A stretch of DNA of 43,756 nt from positions 1 through 43,756 of the forward strand of contig JAFWFT010000016.1 in the NCBI GenBank assembly GCA_017515505.1, read 5' to 3'. A program made the translations under genes and the position numbers. Positions 12,001 to 17,796 of the stretch are shown here, one piece after another. The notes under the pieces were generated by a model, which saw nothing but the letters and a program-made list of their open reading frames with translations, was not told the origin of the DNA and did no database searches. Origin of the DNA: Solobacterium sp. Its GTDB lineage: Bacteria > Bacillota_I > Bacilli_A > Erysipelotrichales > Erysipelotrichaceae. Within the stretch, counting starts at the first letter, position 1. Each line of letters starts with the position of its first letter.

Positions 12001-13269
12001 GCTAATCAAACTTACAATGTGAAGAATTTACCAGATAATATGAAATACAAAGTAGAAGAATTGATTGGTAGAAGAACATATGGTACAAGTGGATCAGCTG
12101 TCAATGAAGAGAAACAAAAATGGTATGTTGTATCAAGGAATGCGGAAGGGACCATTGGTAATCGTGCTGGAGAAGGTGCAACATTACCAGAAGATATATA
12201 TCCAACAGATTTATCGATTTCCTTTGTACACTATGTCAACTTACAAGAGACAATTTACAAAGTAGATAAATATAAGCAAGATCCGAAAAAAGCAATTACA
12301 GGTGCAGAATTCAAATTAACAAATATCTCTAAGCAGCAGGATATCTATGAAAGAGGAAGTGTTGTAAGTACATTCGCAGTTGATAGAAAGGGTAAATACT
12401 CCTTCAACGAACTAGACTTCACACAAGAAGAAGCTTGGTATCTATTAGAAGAAACGAAAATACCGGATGGCTACTTGGATCCATATGCGCCATGGTTCAT
12501 CAAAGTCGGAAACCAAAAGACATCTACTCTCAAACAGGCATATTTATCATTCATTAAAGATACACATTATGTGTATGATGAAGAAAATGATTCGATGCAT
12601 GTCTTAACAGCAGCACAACGTCAAGTGATAGATACAAGTAATGATATCCCAACTACAATAGCTGGTCATGATGGGTGCTATGTGCATGATAATCCTCAAT
12701 TTACATACTGTACATATCCAACGCCACACTATTACTACAATAGTGGAAATGGTGATCAAGAGCTTAGTGCAGATGATATAGCGACTGTTGAAGCGAATGT
12801 ACAAGTTGAGGTTGATGCGACAAATAATCTATACAAGGTAAAGAAATTTGCATACTACAAAGACGGTGAGCATTACTTCTATAGTGATGGACGACAAATT
12901 AATGACGCAAAAGATCTAGCATTAATTGGAGATGGTGATGAAAGTATTGAAGATACGTCATATCTATTACATCCATATATAACCGTCTTCGAAGTTGTGA
13001 GTGTTGAAGATTATACAGGACAAACAATTGGAGAAGACCAAATTGTAATTGATGCAAAAGTATATACGATAACGGAATTGTTGAACTACGAAGTGTTTGA
13101 TGAAGAGACGCCTGGTTTCTTAATCGAAAACACAAGTCAATACAACTTACCAAGTTCAGGCGGAATCGGAACATACATCTTTACATTATTTGGCTCAATC
13201 GTTCTTGGACTATCGTTCCTTGTCTTGTATGGCAAGAAGAGAAGAAAGAGAAGTGTTGTGAATGGGTAA
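1..13269 (+). CDS. Giant cell-wall-anchored surface protein/adhesin (BspA/DUF285-type LRR cassettes, InlB B/Flg_new repeats, FctA/Spy0128 and other pilin-like Ig domains, sortase signal); 5'-truncated
   Basis: Frame 1 is open from base 1 (QNDYDANASAWSGTW...), so the ATG at 253 is internal. It has many 25-27 aa repeats of the type LDLSSFDTSNVTxMxxMF, repeats of the type YTIxF..G..GW..LxAQW, and FctA-like domains (K..F.F....YDTH..TVTV..F.N). The C-terminus is LPSSG + hydrophobic helix + KKRRKR. Confidence 0.92.
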   Translation, partial: QNDYDANASAWSGTWTRASSTASTPNNALLLTQEDNDTSSTFNNETKPVLGFKSALSKLGLLTTVEAAEGDIYSNGAAQGTFNGMSWKIVELADGTNQLQLGQAGSTQTLTTTTGQTNASYWPWNSYIEVIQSAKVVGPVIVYNSTEYMFTLPNATSVDISNLQTTNVTNMHGMFYECGSTSGATTIIGLNSLNTSNTEKLDSMFMYCKATSLDLSSFNTSNVTTMSGMFYNSAATSLDLSSFDTSKVTTMYSMFYNTAATTITGLNRFSTSNVINMSHMFYGANATNLDVSSFKTSNVTNMEGMFGQTAATTITGLNTFDTSNVTKMKSMFINSSATSLDLRGFKTANAEVQGMFTQIKANSITIDADFSFKGNGGYSGVWAYLGSGDAKWINRSKGLIKSGLDFRDYYDANASAWSGTWERLYQIAVYDSSDKSLKFYSGTNAINVEANLTSTQTKYGPLAVDATYGSYTNVPWYAKRTDIQSVTFVDDIYTNSAAYWFYYNTAQTYSGFDKLKGVTNMSCMFQGSKATSLNLSNFDTSKVTTMYGMFVDSVVSTLDLSSFNTSNVTDMAHMFQGSKATSLDLSNFNTSRVGNAAQMFHDSAARSVTIGPNFKFNSQMLFPDEGFYGAESLWTNSSKSLAKTNIELRDNYNANANEWSGTWVMEGAIAVFKPETGALEFYSLDKETQLRNEAGINGWSVYRVPLNGPDDMRLQPSGDYKTCVPYYAHSPYIKSVSFKDRISPIRMDYWFAGLGSNKILLEINSSSGPISANEVSFDLAKLDTSNVYSMFNTFSYLLTDDLDLSGFDTSEVWSMREMFANSQATSISFPQNFGSDTRIMYGMFQSFTTTTLDLRSLDTSNVIYMSNMFQYSKATTLDLSSFDTSNVTNMSNMFDGSAATSITLGPNFKFSNNFITDNNYKALFTTPSGNQYTGKWIKMDGLAGPYTPVELRDNYDGSNPDHRGAWVWQLKPPYTIVFNPGEHGTGSMANEQASPDEDYAIPRNSFVSEPAYRFAGWKDNKGNVYELSNLVIPANRFESDETVTLTAQWEDRNNVIKRGEGEYDIYLRNNENVTFKDIPAGTAYQIWEETPSGWVLVKTDIYEVDTNHNYDYEGLTPKSGTSGIIQPTKRHDAQFTNEYDPSKTRVQFNGTKTLDNQFAKEDSFEFELYEVTGTNTETFIEKVAVSEGGLFTFSAIEYLPRDIGQHRYRVKEAVGNDNRINYDTHVEEITVTVVQKDDDTLEAIVEYDNDGIVFANTTKPGKLLIKKTAEGLTEDNKNDIFAFKVTLANENGMPLSSGDTIKWRIQGSNRASLFNRIASFFTGEDPEVQKATIESVNSAKIAQGDYEGIQWSLTAGGILTLDTNINNELLIEDIFTYEGYPWFNYASKIKAVQYTEVEKENRTGAIETEDNKQAPSLLMKVNADEGNILDSGSFAGIDWRIIELADGTNQLQIGNPDGVTQQTISGANDRRDMWPWRMMYDQIDSIKVVGPVNTVNNANIRGLFGMRHDANPAPPVSKVKTIDVTLLDVTNVANIGDMFRNHPALTEIIGYENWNTSKVTDASAAFQDTPNLTEINISNWDMRVVRQSWQMFMGAGQESGITITFGQNCTFETVTNMNRMFQNCGASELDLQYFSMQSVTNSQLANFFYNMNNLKRVRLSEGMWRNSNNNPRNHLSGHLPVSKYDTWKMESDPTVVLTSDYIMRNYTINYHAWGNQWWKWVGVIAIYDSSDGSLKFYDSESSNVPDTLTSTQTLYNARMSGEYGFSVNSLPGWHEHASDIKSVSFVDHIKPINMDFMFADFSNPELTFDFTNLDTSELNYMRGTFYGLTQNSFTFDLPTPRLNSLANTFQNARITNLDFGNHFNTSNVTNMESTFHGAKILNLDLSKWNTSNVTNMHLMFNGFEGPKLDISAFNTSKVTTVEGMLADLQVERLVLGNFKTKQGINNTSFMDSSNILVIEIGPEADLTYLFEESHFGGTYAGQESKWVSQKHPEIGNVKGYNSTGSQSGTMLGYLKEDIATYHGLWYKSYFVKPKAIYDSRDKSLKFYSGLAALELDLDPNYQTEYEINDTQHGGYPTPNEIPWFSIRENVRYVEIVDEIHIFETDHWFYGFKDVEFKNMSNIKYTLYNPGSATGHSSHNVESMFEGVVADTVDLSGLVTYENAPEVYINMFKNAKIRVLDISDFNLHNAIVNDFFANAEIKEIILGENTTFKDAYVASAGPNFSDNPFQLPTPSTEGTYTGLWVKEDGTKGPLTPEEIAAGYDGSDPAWRGKWIWDGEPSYFTLSFNGNGGVSTQSPVRITALDNTYITIPDGSQVYRIKHNFLGWNTEPDGSGEEYVVGQTYNFADKIGQKMVLYAQWERSEYSDYRVEHYQQNTSLSDYTLVETETIYGEDSHLGGGDSVTPAVKNYPGFISPTPITEIVKDDGSLLVRYYYDRMIYTIAYDGNNASSGSMASQTYIAGTNITISDNKENNNDVFKKYRNVFNGWNTEPDGSGTPFAAGFYGDIHPSLFNSNNRLTLYAQWTDISGGQVSPTEGVVYVYAMAGETIEILDLPAGTTYTIEEIDLPNGWILDSKSGEVGTIASNTTSESSFKNKYSATGEGIIELHKRFVGDTLKEDQFSFKIFENDVELDIQNNGALDTNEEIAGLNGNNEANPWYMTGPVEFRIHYTMEDIGVHTYKVVEYVENPDEQIEYDTHEETVVVTVKDSGDGTLLTDVVYQGDALFVNEMKKGSLKLTKTILNATETAKQVEHEFTINIKDAQGNVLRDAYPATIYHNTMSENEDVERYEEEIKAIAHTTNISGGYSFDNYTYADYQMVLDENDSTLFEVDKTTTPYRINISSTSLGMSRADLLRDMHISGYYDDTTDIFGKETTLGVVNVTTAANITTKEFIENATLKVEYDLDGGDRLFIYLPDGTSVVLGVTNTSGVFETTIDEGNVVHFDLDYGIDPRTHDKKGFYAELTATQIAETITRTSTATTTEETITLDSDRKVKLKGGDYVVVEGLPNGATYEIEETPTVGWELTGTVQPNGTIVAASLKEAEFTNTYGSIGQVEIPVRKLFNGGDLSEEQFRFDLYDNQYNVVDVVYTDDKGNASFLIFYDQNDDGKTFEYQIKEFIPDENHSQIIYDKHIERFKVTVKDNGTGELVATVDYDDDGVLFENTFDGYDLVVQKDISGEIKSDEEYEFEITLYDSEGVDLTDADAVNAYIEQIKTNPSGLLKYTGKVGVGDVEYLISIKTGETINTTNRDLTHEVNSTVNHVDIVDGVGRFTLKGGESIILQEFKDQVFYQIREVNGDTTTTDAFNEIGLINQTIDYTSLGPIDVRFAESLNDSMNAPSYKEIEASRLVNVLYLDMVTAVGPQAESIKMIAQLSDVMEPFNVSDLANYTRVYVAGSDAISASAYTTSYDRDKNQIIVEIPITDNIMNYMNKAGRENGLVDIEKSNSNHRGLAHNVEVVTAVKFVNHPNLDAYTEYDEDNNVIVKVPVSSSYELTMHEMANNENKVIQTRESFDSYVVVKDAENVHYTAKLEKWISDIGIDSDVLDLESFVDNKSFTYHLKTYVPDKATSFRIVDDLSGMPGISLDSTNYEATVDGNENILDISITNNSVIATLSEEQLKRYAGTVVEIKVGASLTGTFDATTNDYAQMKGVDGRYRLVNQAQYETTINGQLVTRKSNQAMIVWNRDDDSDVVRFHNFRKEKDHVNLRILKTNEDGSRGLENAEFTLDKIVSAVNNPSGFGMNNGVPMIDENFAQKRFTTLSNGARVLQVSEPGWYMLSEIAAPVGYQMNEGKYYIYLENDDEASIHVYYDDYTDTQPRTYEEIRANFKELTRTNDNTMPAFIYDASVDPNYSSENDDALKGKVWYAIKNKATTQLIVQKDVHGFSENLEFNFRMGLYDDGGNLITDAATLSAYNELISVDIRDENGELLFNANYPVTYKRSGDYRYIFDGMNYYKSSIRGGAWSKVSDVDELNTVAANYNSYPDMAKEEFFGSDGYHTFIIEANQTYNVKNLPDNMKYKVEELIGRRTYGTSGSAVNEEKQKWYVVSRNAEGTIGNRAGEGATLPEDIYPTDLSISFVHYVNLQETIYKVDKYKQDPKKAITGAEFKLTNISKQQDIYERGSVVSTFAVDRKGKYSFNELDFTQEEAWYLLEETKIPDGYLDPYAPWFIKVGNQKTSTLKQAYLSFIKDTHYVYDEENDSMHVLTAAQRQVIDTSNDIPTTIAGHDGCYVHDNPQFTYCTYPTPHYYYNSGNGDQELSADDIATVEANVQVEVDATNNLYKVKKFAYYKDGEHYFYSDGRQINDAKDLALIGDGDESIEDTSYLLHPYITVFEVVSVEDYTGQTIGEDQIVIDAKVYTITELLNYEVFDEETPGFLIENTSQYNLPSSGGIGTYIFTLFGSIVLGLSFLVLYGKKRRKRSVVNG
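10..41 (+). repeat. 32-bp exact intragenic direct repeat, copy 1 (copy 2 at 1228-1259), at the end of an LRR cassette
   Basis: tatgatgctaatgctagtgcatggtctggtac occurs at 10-41 and 1228-1259 and encodes YDANASAWSGT. Confidence 0.9.
1570..1743 (+). repeat. 24-bp exact repeat in LRR units (1570-1593 and 1720-1743)
   Basis: atgttccaaggctctaaagccaca occurs twice, 150 bp apart (two 75-bp LRR units). Confidence 0.85.
13147..13251 (+). other. Sortase sorting signal (LPSSG variant of LPxTG, TM helix, basic tail)
   Basis: LPSSGGIGTYIFTLFGSIVLGLSFLVLYGKKRRKR. Confidence 0.85.
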
Positions 13270-13342
13270 AATCGACTATTTACACACAGTAGCCTCATTA
13301 ATAACATATTGGAAATCTATAAAGATTGAATAGTTATGTTAT

Positions 13343-13390
13343 AGTGGAATGATTTAATCAATTTGATTAATAATTCCACTTTTCTTTCTT
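13343..13390 (+). terminator. Rho-independent terminator after the giant surface protein gene
   Basis: Imperfect hairpin agtggaatgatttaatca-att-tgattaataattccact followed by tttctttctt. Confidence 0.7.
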
Positions 13391-13567
13391 ATTCAGGCTT
13401 ATGTCGATAAGGCTATATATCGATTGATGTATGTAGTTAAATCGGGGATGTACGATTAATGAAATTGGGAATAACAATGAGGGCATTTCAAGCGATCTTC
13501 AAAAAGTCTTCAAAGTGGTGGGTATATGGCATGAATTGTAAATGTTGTTAAATCGAGCCTATTTATA

Positions 13568-13576
13568 TGGTATAAT
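13568..13576 (+). promoter_or_regulatory. Extended -10 promoter of the xpaC-like/AAA operon
   Basis: TGgTATAAT upstream of an AAAGGAG RBS and the GTG start at 13607. Confidence 0.6.
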
Positions 13577-13606
13577 TTTTATCGCATAAAAGGAGATCAA
13601 GCGAAA

Positions 13607-14614
13607 GTGAGAAGAAGAACTTTTGGTGATTATTGGTTTTTATTTGTATTATTCATAATATTTAGTGGCAGTGGCTTACTTCCGCTCGCCATCATATTTG
13701 GAGCTTTTTTTGCGGTGATGTATGCGGCCGTGAAAGCAGCGAATCGTACAACGGTTTCCAATACGAATGCATATCGTAGAAAAACAAATAGTTATGGCTA
13801 TACACAAAGAAAAACAGGGAACGCACATACAGCAGCGGATCTTGCGAAAATTAATGTTTATCTAAGAAAATACTTTAGAACGAATACACAATTAGAAATG
13901 CCTAATGGGATTGAACTTTTCTTACGCACAGATAGTTATTCTAATTTAAATAATTTAGATGTATATCGAAATGGCACAAGAATTGGAACATTAAATGAAT
14001 TTAGAAATCGTTATAAAGATTTATATGATAGTTTATTTGAAACTTTATTAGCGATGTCTAAGAGTGCGCAAAAGGCTGGAGATGTGGAAATTGTGGATGC
14101 AGAAATTGAAGAAGCTACACAAACAAAGAAAAAGAAAACCACACAGAAAGAAACTGCCAATACAACAGAAAAAGCTTCAACCAAAGCGAAACAATTCATG
14201 GAAGGAATTAATAGTTTAAATAATGATATCCCGGATGAAGAAATCTCCAATGGATTATTTGAGACAAGTGCTCTTTTAAAACAAATTGATATGTTGGAGA
14301 CAAAGTTTCCAGAGAGTAGTAAGAAGATGCAAAAGATGTATGATTACTACCTTCCATATCTAACCAGGATTCTTCAACAATACACAAACCTTCAAACCGT
14401 TAAGAGCGATGCGAATTATGAACGTAATGTTGAACAACTGAAAGGAACCATTAAGTCAATTAATGAAGCCTTAAACACAATCATTCCAAGTATGTCGGAT
14501 AGTGACTTCACCAACTTATCTGCGGATATGGCGACACTGGAAGCACTTCTAAGAAAAGATGGTTTAACAGGTGGAATTGAAATGACAGAAGCAGTGAAAA
14601 AGGATGGCGAATAA
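13607..14614 (+). CDS. XpaC-like (5-bromo-4-chloroindolyl phosphate hydrolysis family) membrane protein
   Basis: N-terminal TM hairpin. The C-terminal helical domain carries family-typical KMYDYYLPYLTRILQQY and ADMATLEALLRKDGL. AAAGGAG RBS present. Confidence 0.75.
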   Translation: MRRRTFGDYWFLFVLFIIFSGSGLLPLAIIFGAFFAVMYAAVKAANRTTVSNTNAYRRKTNSYGYTQRKTGNAHTAADLAKINVYLRKYFRTNTQLEMPNGIELFLRTDSYSNLNNLDVYRNGTRIGTLNEFRNRYKDLYDSLFETLLAMSKSAQKAGDVEIVDAEIEEATQTKKKKTTQKETANTTEKASTKAKQFMEGINSLNNDIPDEEISNGLFETSALLKQIDMLETKFPESSKKMQKMYDYYLPYLTRILQQYTNLQTVKSDANYERNVEQLKGTIKSINEALNTIIPSMSDSDFTNLSADMATLEALLRKDGLTGGIEMTEAVKKDGE

Positions 14615-14616
14615 GT

Positions 14617-16695
14617 ATGGCTGATCGCGATAAAAAAAGAGAAGAAAAAGAACGCTTAATGCGTGAAGTACTAAATAAAGATCGTTTAAATAATACAATT
14701 GATCCAAATGAAGCAGTTGAGCTTTCTTTGGGAATTAAAAAAGAAGTGGATGAAATTGCGGATACCATGAAAAGTTCTAACGATGCGTTAGATGCTTTAA
14801 AAGCAGTCTTAGAAAAACAGAAAAAAGATTTAGAAGAAATGTCTTTGTTAAATGGATTAAATACAGAAGAGATGGTAAAAGTTCAAAAAGATCTTCAAGA
14901 TGATTATGGTGTACAAAGCGAAGCACAAGCAATTGAAGTATTGCCAGGTGATAGTGGAGAGGTTTTTGAAGAGATTTTAAATGAAGTCAAAAGAAAAGTT
15001 GTGGTTGAAGAAGATACATTACGTCAACTTACAACTGCTTTCCGTCGTCCATATGTCATGGGTGAAACCAAAGGAAAAGCAAAGAATGTTATCTTAGTAA
15101 CAGGTCCAATCGGAAGTGGAAAACACTCTAGTTTGAGTGCGGTTGTCCGTAGCATCTATGAAAGACAAATCTTTATTAGTGATGTAATATATACCATTGA
15201 TATGTCTTTATATCAAAGTGGATCGCAAGAACAAATCTTCCTACAGGACTTATATAAATGTTTAATTGGGAAAGGATCTGTAATCTGTTTTGAAAATTTT
15301 GAGATTGGCTTTCCTGCTTTCTTAAGAATGTTAGATGAACTTGTTTGTGAAGGAAAAACAGTATTAAGTAAGCGATATGTATTAAATAAAGGTATCTTAG
15401 TAGAGAATCAAACGGGCTTAGTTAAAGAAGCAGTAGATTCATTATCAGCAGAAGGAAAATATTTAGTCTTTATGACAACCAAAGGAACAAAGTCGGTTCA
15501 AGATGCTTTTGGTGCAGATTTCTTATACCATGTCTTAGATACTGTTACATTTCCTAAATTAGATGATGAGAGAATGAATAAGATTATCCACATAAAGATG
15601 ACGGAGTTCCAACAAAGATCTCTTAATAATTTAAAACTAGTTGTGAATGATTCAAAAGAGATTGAAGAGTGGGTTATGAAGCACTTTGATAAAACACTAG
15701 GGGCAGATGCGGTTCATGATTTATTTCAAGATTTCTATATTTCTTTAAGCCAACAAGCTTTAGAAAAACAAATACCTGAAAACGCTGAAGTACAACTCAT
15801 GGTTGAAGAGGACGTACCAGTTGCGAAAGTGAGTGATGACAAGATTGTCTTATCACGCACAAAAACTTCAAGTGAAGAAATTGAAGCGGTGAATAAAGAA
15901 TTAGATGAAATTGTAGGATTAGAGATGGTTAAGAACTATATAAAATCTGTACAATCTCATATTAAGATGCAAGAGATTCGTCGTGCTCAAGGAATGAAAA
16001 CGGGTGAGATTTCTAAACATATGATTTTCACAGGAAATCCTGGTACTGGTAAAACAACGATTGCACGTTTATTATCTCGTTATATGAAAGCAATCGGAGC
16101 TTTATCAAGAGGACAACTTGTCGAAGTCACAAGAGCGGACTTAGTTGCGCAATATGTTGGCCAAACAGCTCCACTAACAATGTCCGTTATTAAATCAGCG
16201 TTAGGTGGTGTTCTATTCATTGATGAAGCATATTCACTTTATCGTGGTAAAGATGATGCATTTGGTTTAGAGTGTATTGATACAATTGTTAAAGCGATGG
16301 AAGATCATCGTGATGACCTTATTATCATCTTGGCGGGATATAAAAAGGAAATGGAAGTATTCATGGAAAGTAACTCTGGATTAAAATCTAGATTCCCTAA
16401 TATCATTAACTTTCCAGACTATACTGGGGAAGAGTTAAGAAAGATTGCACAAATTCAAGCGAAGAGTAAAGGCTATGTGATTGCGGAAGATGCGTTAGGA
16501 AAACTTGAAGAATTCTTTGATGAAGTCCAAAAAGTGAACGCAGCGGAGGCAGGAAATGGACGTCTTGCGAGAAATGTGGTTGAAGATGCGATTTTAACAC
16601 AATCAAAACGTCTCATTGATCATCCAAACGATGCAATGGATGAATTACGACTGGAAGACTTTGATTTTACCATTAAGGTTAAGCCCGCAAAATAA
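14617..16695 (+). CDS. AAA+ ATPase with a degenerate Clp-D2-like module fused to a CbxX/CfxQ/SpoVK-type AAA module
   Basis: First module: GPIGSGKHS, IDMSLY, VICFENFE. Second module: LDEIVGLEMVK, HMIFTGNPGTGKTT, LVAQYVGQTA, GGVLFIDEAYSL, GLKSRF, GNGRLARN. Confidence 0.88.
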   Translation: MADRDKKREEKERLMREVLNKDRLNNTIDPNEAVELSLGIKKEVDEIADTMKSSNDALDALKAVLEKQKKDLEEMSLLNGLNTEEMVKVQKDLQDDYGVQSEAQAIEVLPGDSGEVFEEILNEVKRKVVVEEDTLRQLTTAFRRPYVMGETKGKAKNVILVTGPIGSGKHSSLSAVVRSIYERQIFISDVIYTIDMSLYQSGSQEQIFLQDLYKCLIGKGSVICFENFEIGFPAFLRMLDELVCEGKTVLSKRYVLNKGILVENQTGLVKEAVDSLSAEGKYLVFMTTKGTKSVQDAFGADFLYHVLDTVTFPKLDDERMNKIIHIKMTEFQQRSLNNLKLVVNDSKEIEEWVMKHFDKTLGADAVHDLFQDFYISLSQQALEKQIPENAEVQLMVEEDVPVAKVSDDKIVLSRTKTSSEEIEAVNKELDEIVGLEMVKNYIKSVQSHIKMQEIRRAQGMKTGEISKHMIFTGNPGTGKTTIARLLSRYMKAIGALSRGQLVEVTRADLVAQYVGQTAPLTMSVIKSALGGVLFIDEAYSLYRGKDDAFGLECIDTIVKAMEDHRDDLIIILAGYKKEMEVFMESNSGLKSRFPNIINFPDYTGEELRKIAQIQAKSKGYVIAEDALGKLEEFFDEVQKVNAAEAGNGRLARNVVEDAILTQSKRLIDHPNDAMDELRLEDFDFTIKVKPAK

Positions 16696-16771
16696 ATGTT
16701 ACAAAAAAGTAACAGTTTTTTAGGAATATTTGAATTTTTGAGAATGAAATAGGTGAAGGAGGTGACTAGCG

Positions 16772-17623
16772 ATGGTCACAAGAACCTACCGAGACTCCCT
16801 ATTTCGTTTTCTTTTTGGAAGAAGTGAACACAAAGATTGGCTTCTTTCTCTCTACAATGCCCTAAACAACTCCAATTACACTGATCCTGAAGAGATTGAA
16901 CTCACAACGATTGATAATGTGATTTATTTGGGGTTACGTAATGATGTGTCATTCATTATAGGGGACGATTTGATGATGGTAGAGCATCAGACAACACCTT
17001 CCAAAAATATGTCCATTCGCTTTCTTTTATACTATGCAAAGATATTGGAGGGATATCTTCAAAAAAGAGATATTGATCTCCATCAATATAGTTCCATCCC
17101 TTTACCAAATCCACGCTTCATAGTCTTTTATAATGGATCACAAGAAACTGGTGAGCAAAATGAAGAATATCTAAGTGTACACTTTTCAAGTTCTTCGAAT
17201 GTTGAATTAAGAGTTGAATTCTTCAATATCAATAAAGGAATGAATGATTCATTGAAAAAGGGATGTAAGGTATTGGAAGAGTATTGCTGGGTGAATGACA
17301 GAATCGGGTATTATCGTGCTACAATGACATTAGAAGATGCGTTTGAGAAGATGTATGATGAAATACTGAAAGGATTCGTGATATGTCCATTAATACAAAA
17401 GCATAAAGCGGAGGTGAAGGGCGTGATTCTAGAAACATTTGATAAAGAGCGTTTTGGTAAAACAATGTTTGAAAGTGGAGTTGAACAAGGAATTTCACAA
17501 GGAATTGAGCTTGAACGTAGAATAATCATTAGAAATATGATTGAAAAAGGCTTCACAGTGGAAGATATTATGAAATGTACAAATCTTTCAAAAGAAGAAG
17601 TTGAAGAAGTTATAAATCAATAA
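16772..17623 (+). CDS. Rpn family recombination-promoting nuclease/putative transposase (PD-(D/E)XK)
   Basis: Motifs YRDSLFRFLF, LLSLYNALN, RNDVSF, EHQT, NMSIRFLLY, LPNPRFIVFYNG, and a C-terminal GVEQGISQGIE repeat plus an HTH-like tail. GGAGGTG RBS present. Confidence 0.88.
   Translation: MVTRTYRDSLFRFLFGRSEHKDWLLSLYNALNNSNYTDPEEIELTTIDNVIYLGLRNDVSFIIGDDLMMVEHQTTPSKNMSIRFLLYYAKILEGYLQKRDIDLHQYSSIPLPNPRFIVFYNGSQETGEQNEEYLSVHFSSSSNVELRVEFFNINKGMNDSLKKGCKVLEEYCWVNDRIGYYRATMTLEDAFEKMYDEILKGFVICPLIQKHKAEVKGVILETFDKERFGKTMFESGVEQGISQGIELERRIIIRNMIEKGFTVEDIMKCTNLSKEEVEEVINQ
17423..17623 (+). CDS. Predicted intragenic small protein (RpnS-like antitoxin), 66 aa, in frame within rpn
   Basis: Internal GGAGGTG (17410-17416) lies 6 nt before an in-frame GTG at 17423, just ahead of the C-terminal repeat domain. 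Confidence 0.55.
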   Translation: MILETFDKERFGKTMFESGVEQGISQGIELERRIIIRNMIEKGFTVEDIMKCTNLSKEEVEEVINQ

Positions 17624-17684
17624 TAAAAATGTGAATGTTGAAATGTAAACCTTCATGTAGGTATATTACACAATCATATTTATT

Positions 17685-17714
17685 GGCTCAATTTGAATGA
17701 AATTGGGTCTTTTT
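17685..17714 (+). terminator. Rho-independent terminator downstream of rpn
   Basis: ggctcaattt-gaatg-aaattgggtc followed by ttttt. Confidence 0.65.
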
Positions 17715-17796
17715 AGTTATTAAGAGAAGGTGAGGAAAAGGTAAAAAAGAGGATGAAAAAGATTGCTTGTGTCATATATAATAAACGTAGTTTATT

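Noticed and set aside
1524-13174. Many short antisense or alternate-frame ORFs inside the giant gene, and likewise inside other genes
   Set aside because: Shadow ORFs overlapping well-supported genes, with no recognisable motifs.
13391-13560. Intergenic stretch as an att site, mobile-element end or ncRNA
   Set aside because: No integrase, tRNA, flanking direct repeat or recognisable RNA motif supports it.
14617-16695. AAA protein as type VII secretion EccA or sporulation SpoVK
   Set aside because: Only the AAA module is shared; there are no T7SS or sporulation genes nearby and the N-terminal architecture differs.
16697-16721. tgttac-aaaaaa-gtaaca inverted repeat followed by a T run
   Set aside because: The 6-bp AT-rich stem is too weak to call as a terminator or operator.
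16772-17623. rpn as an IS element
   Set aside because: No terminal inverted repeats or target duplication were seen, and the Rpn family is not a demonstrated transposase.
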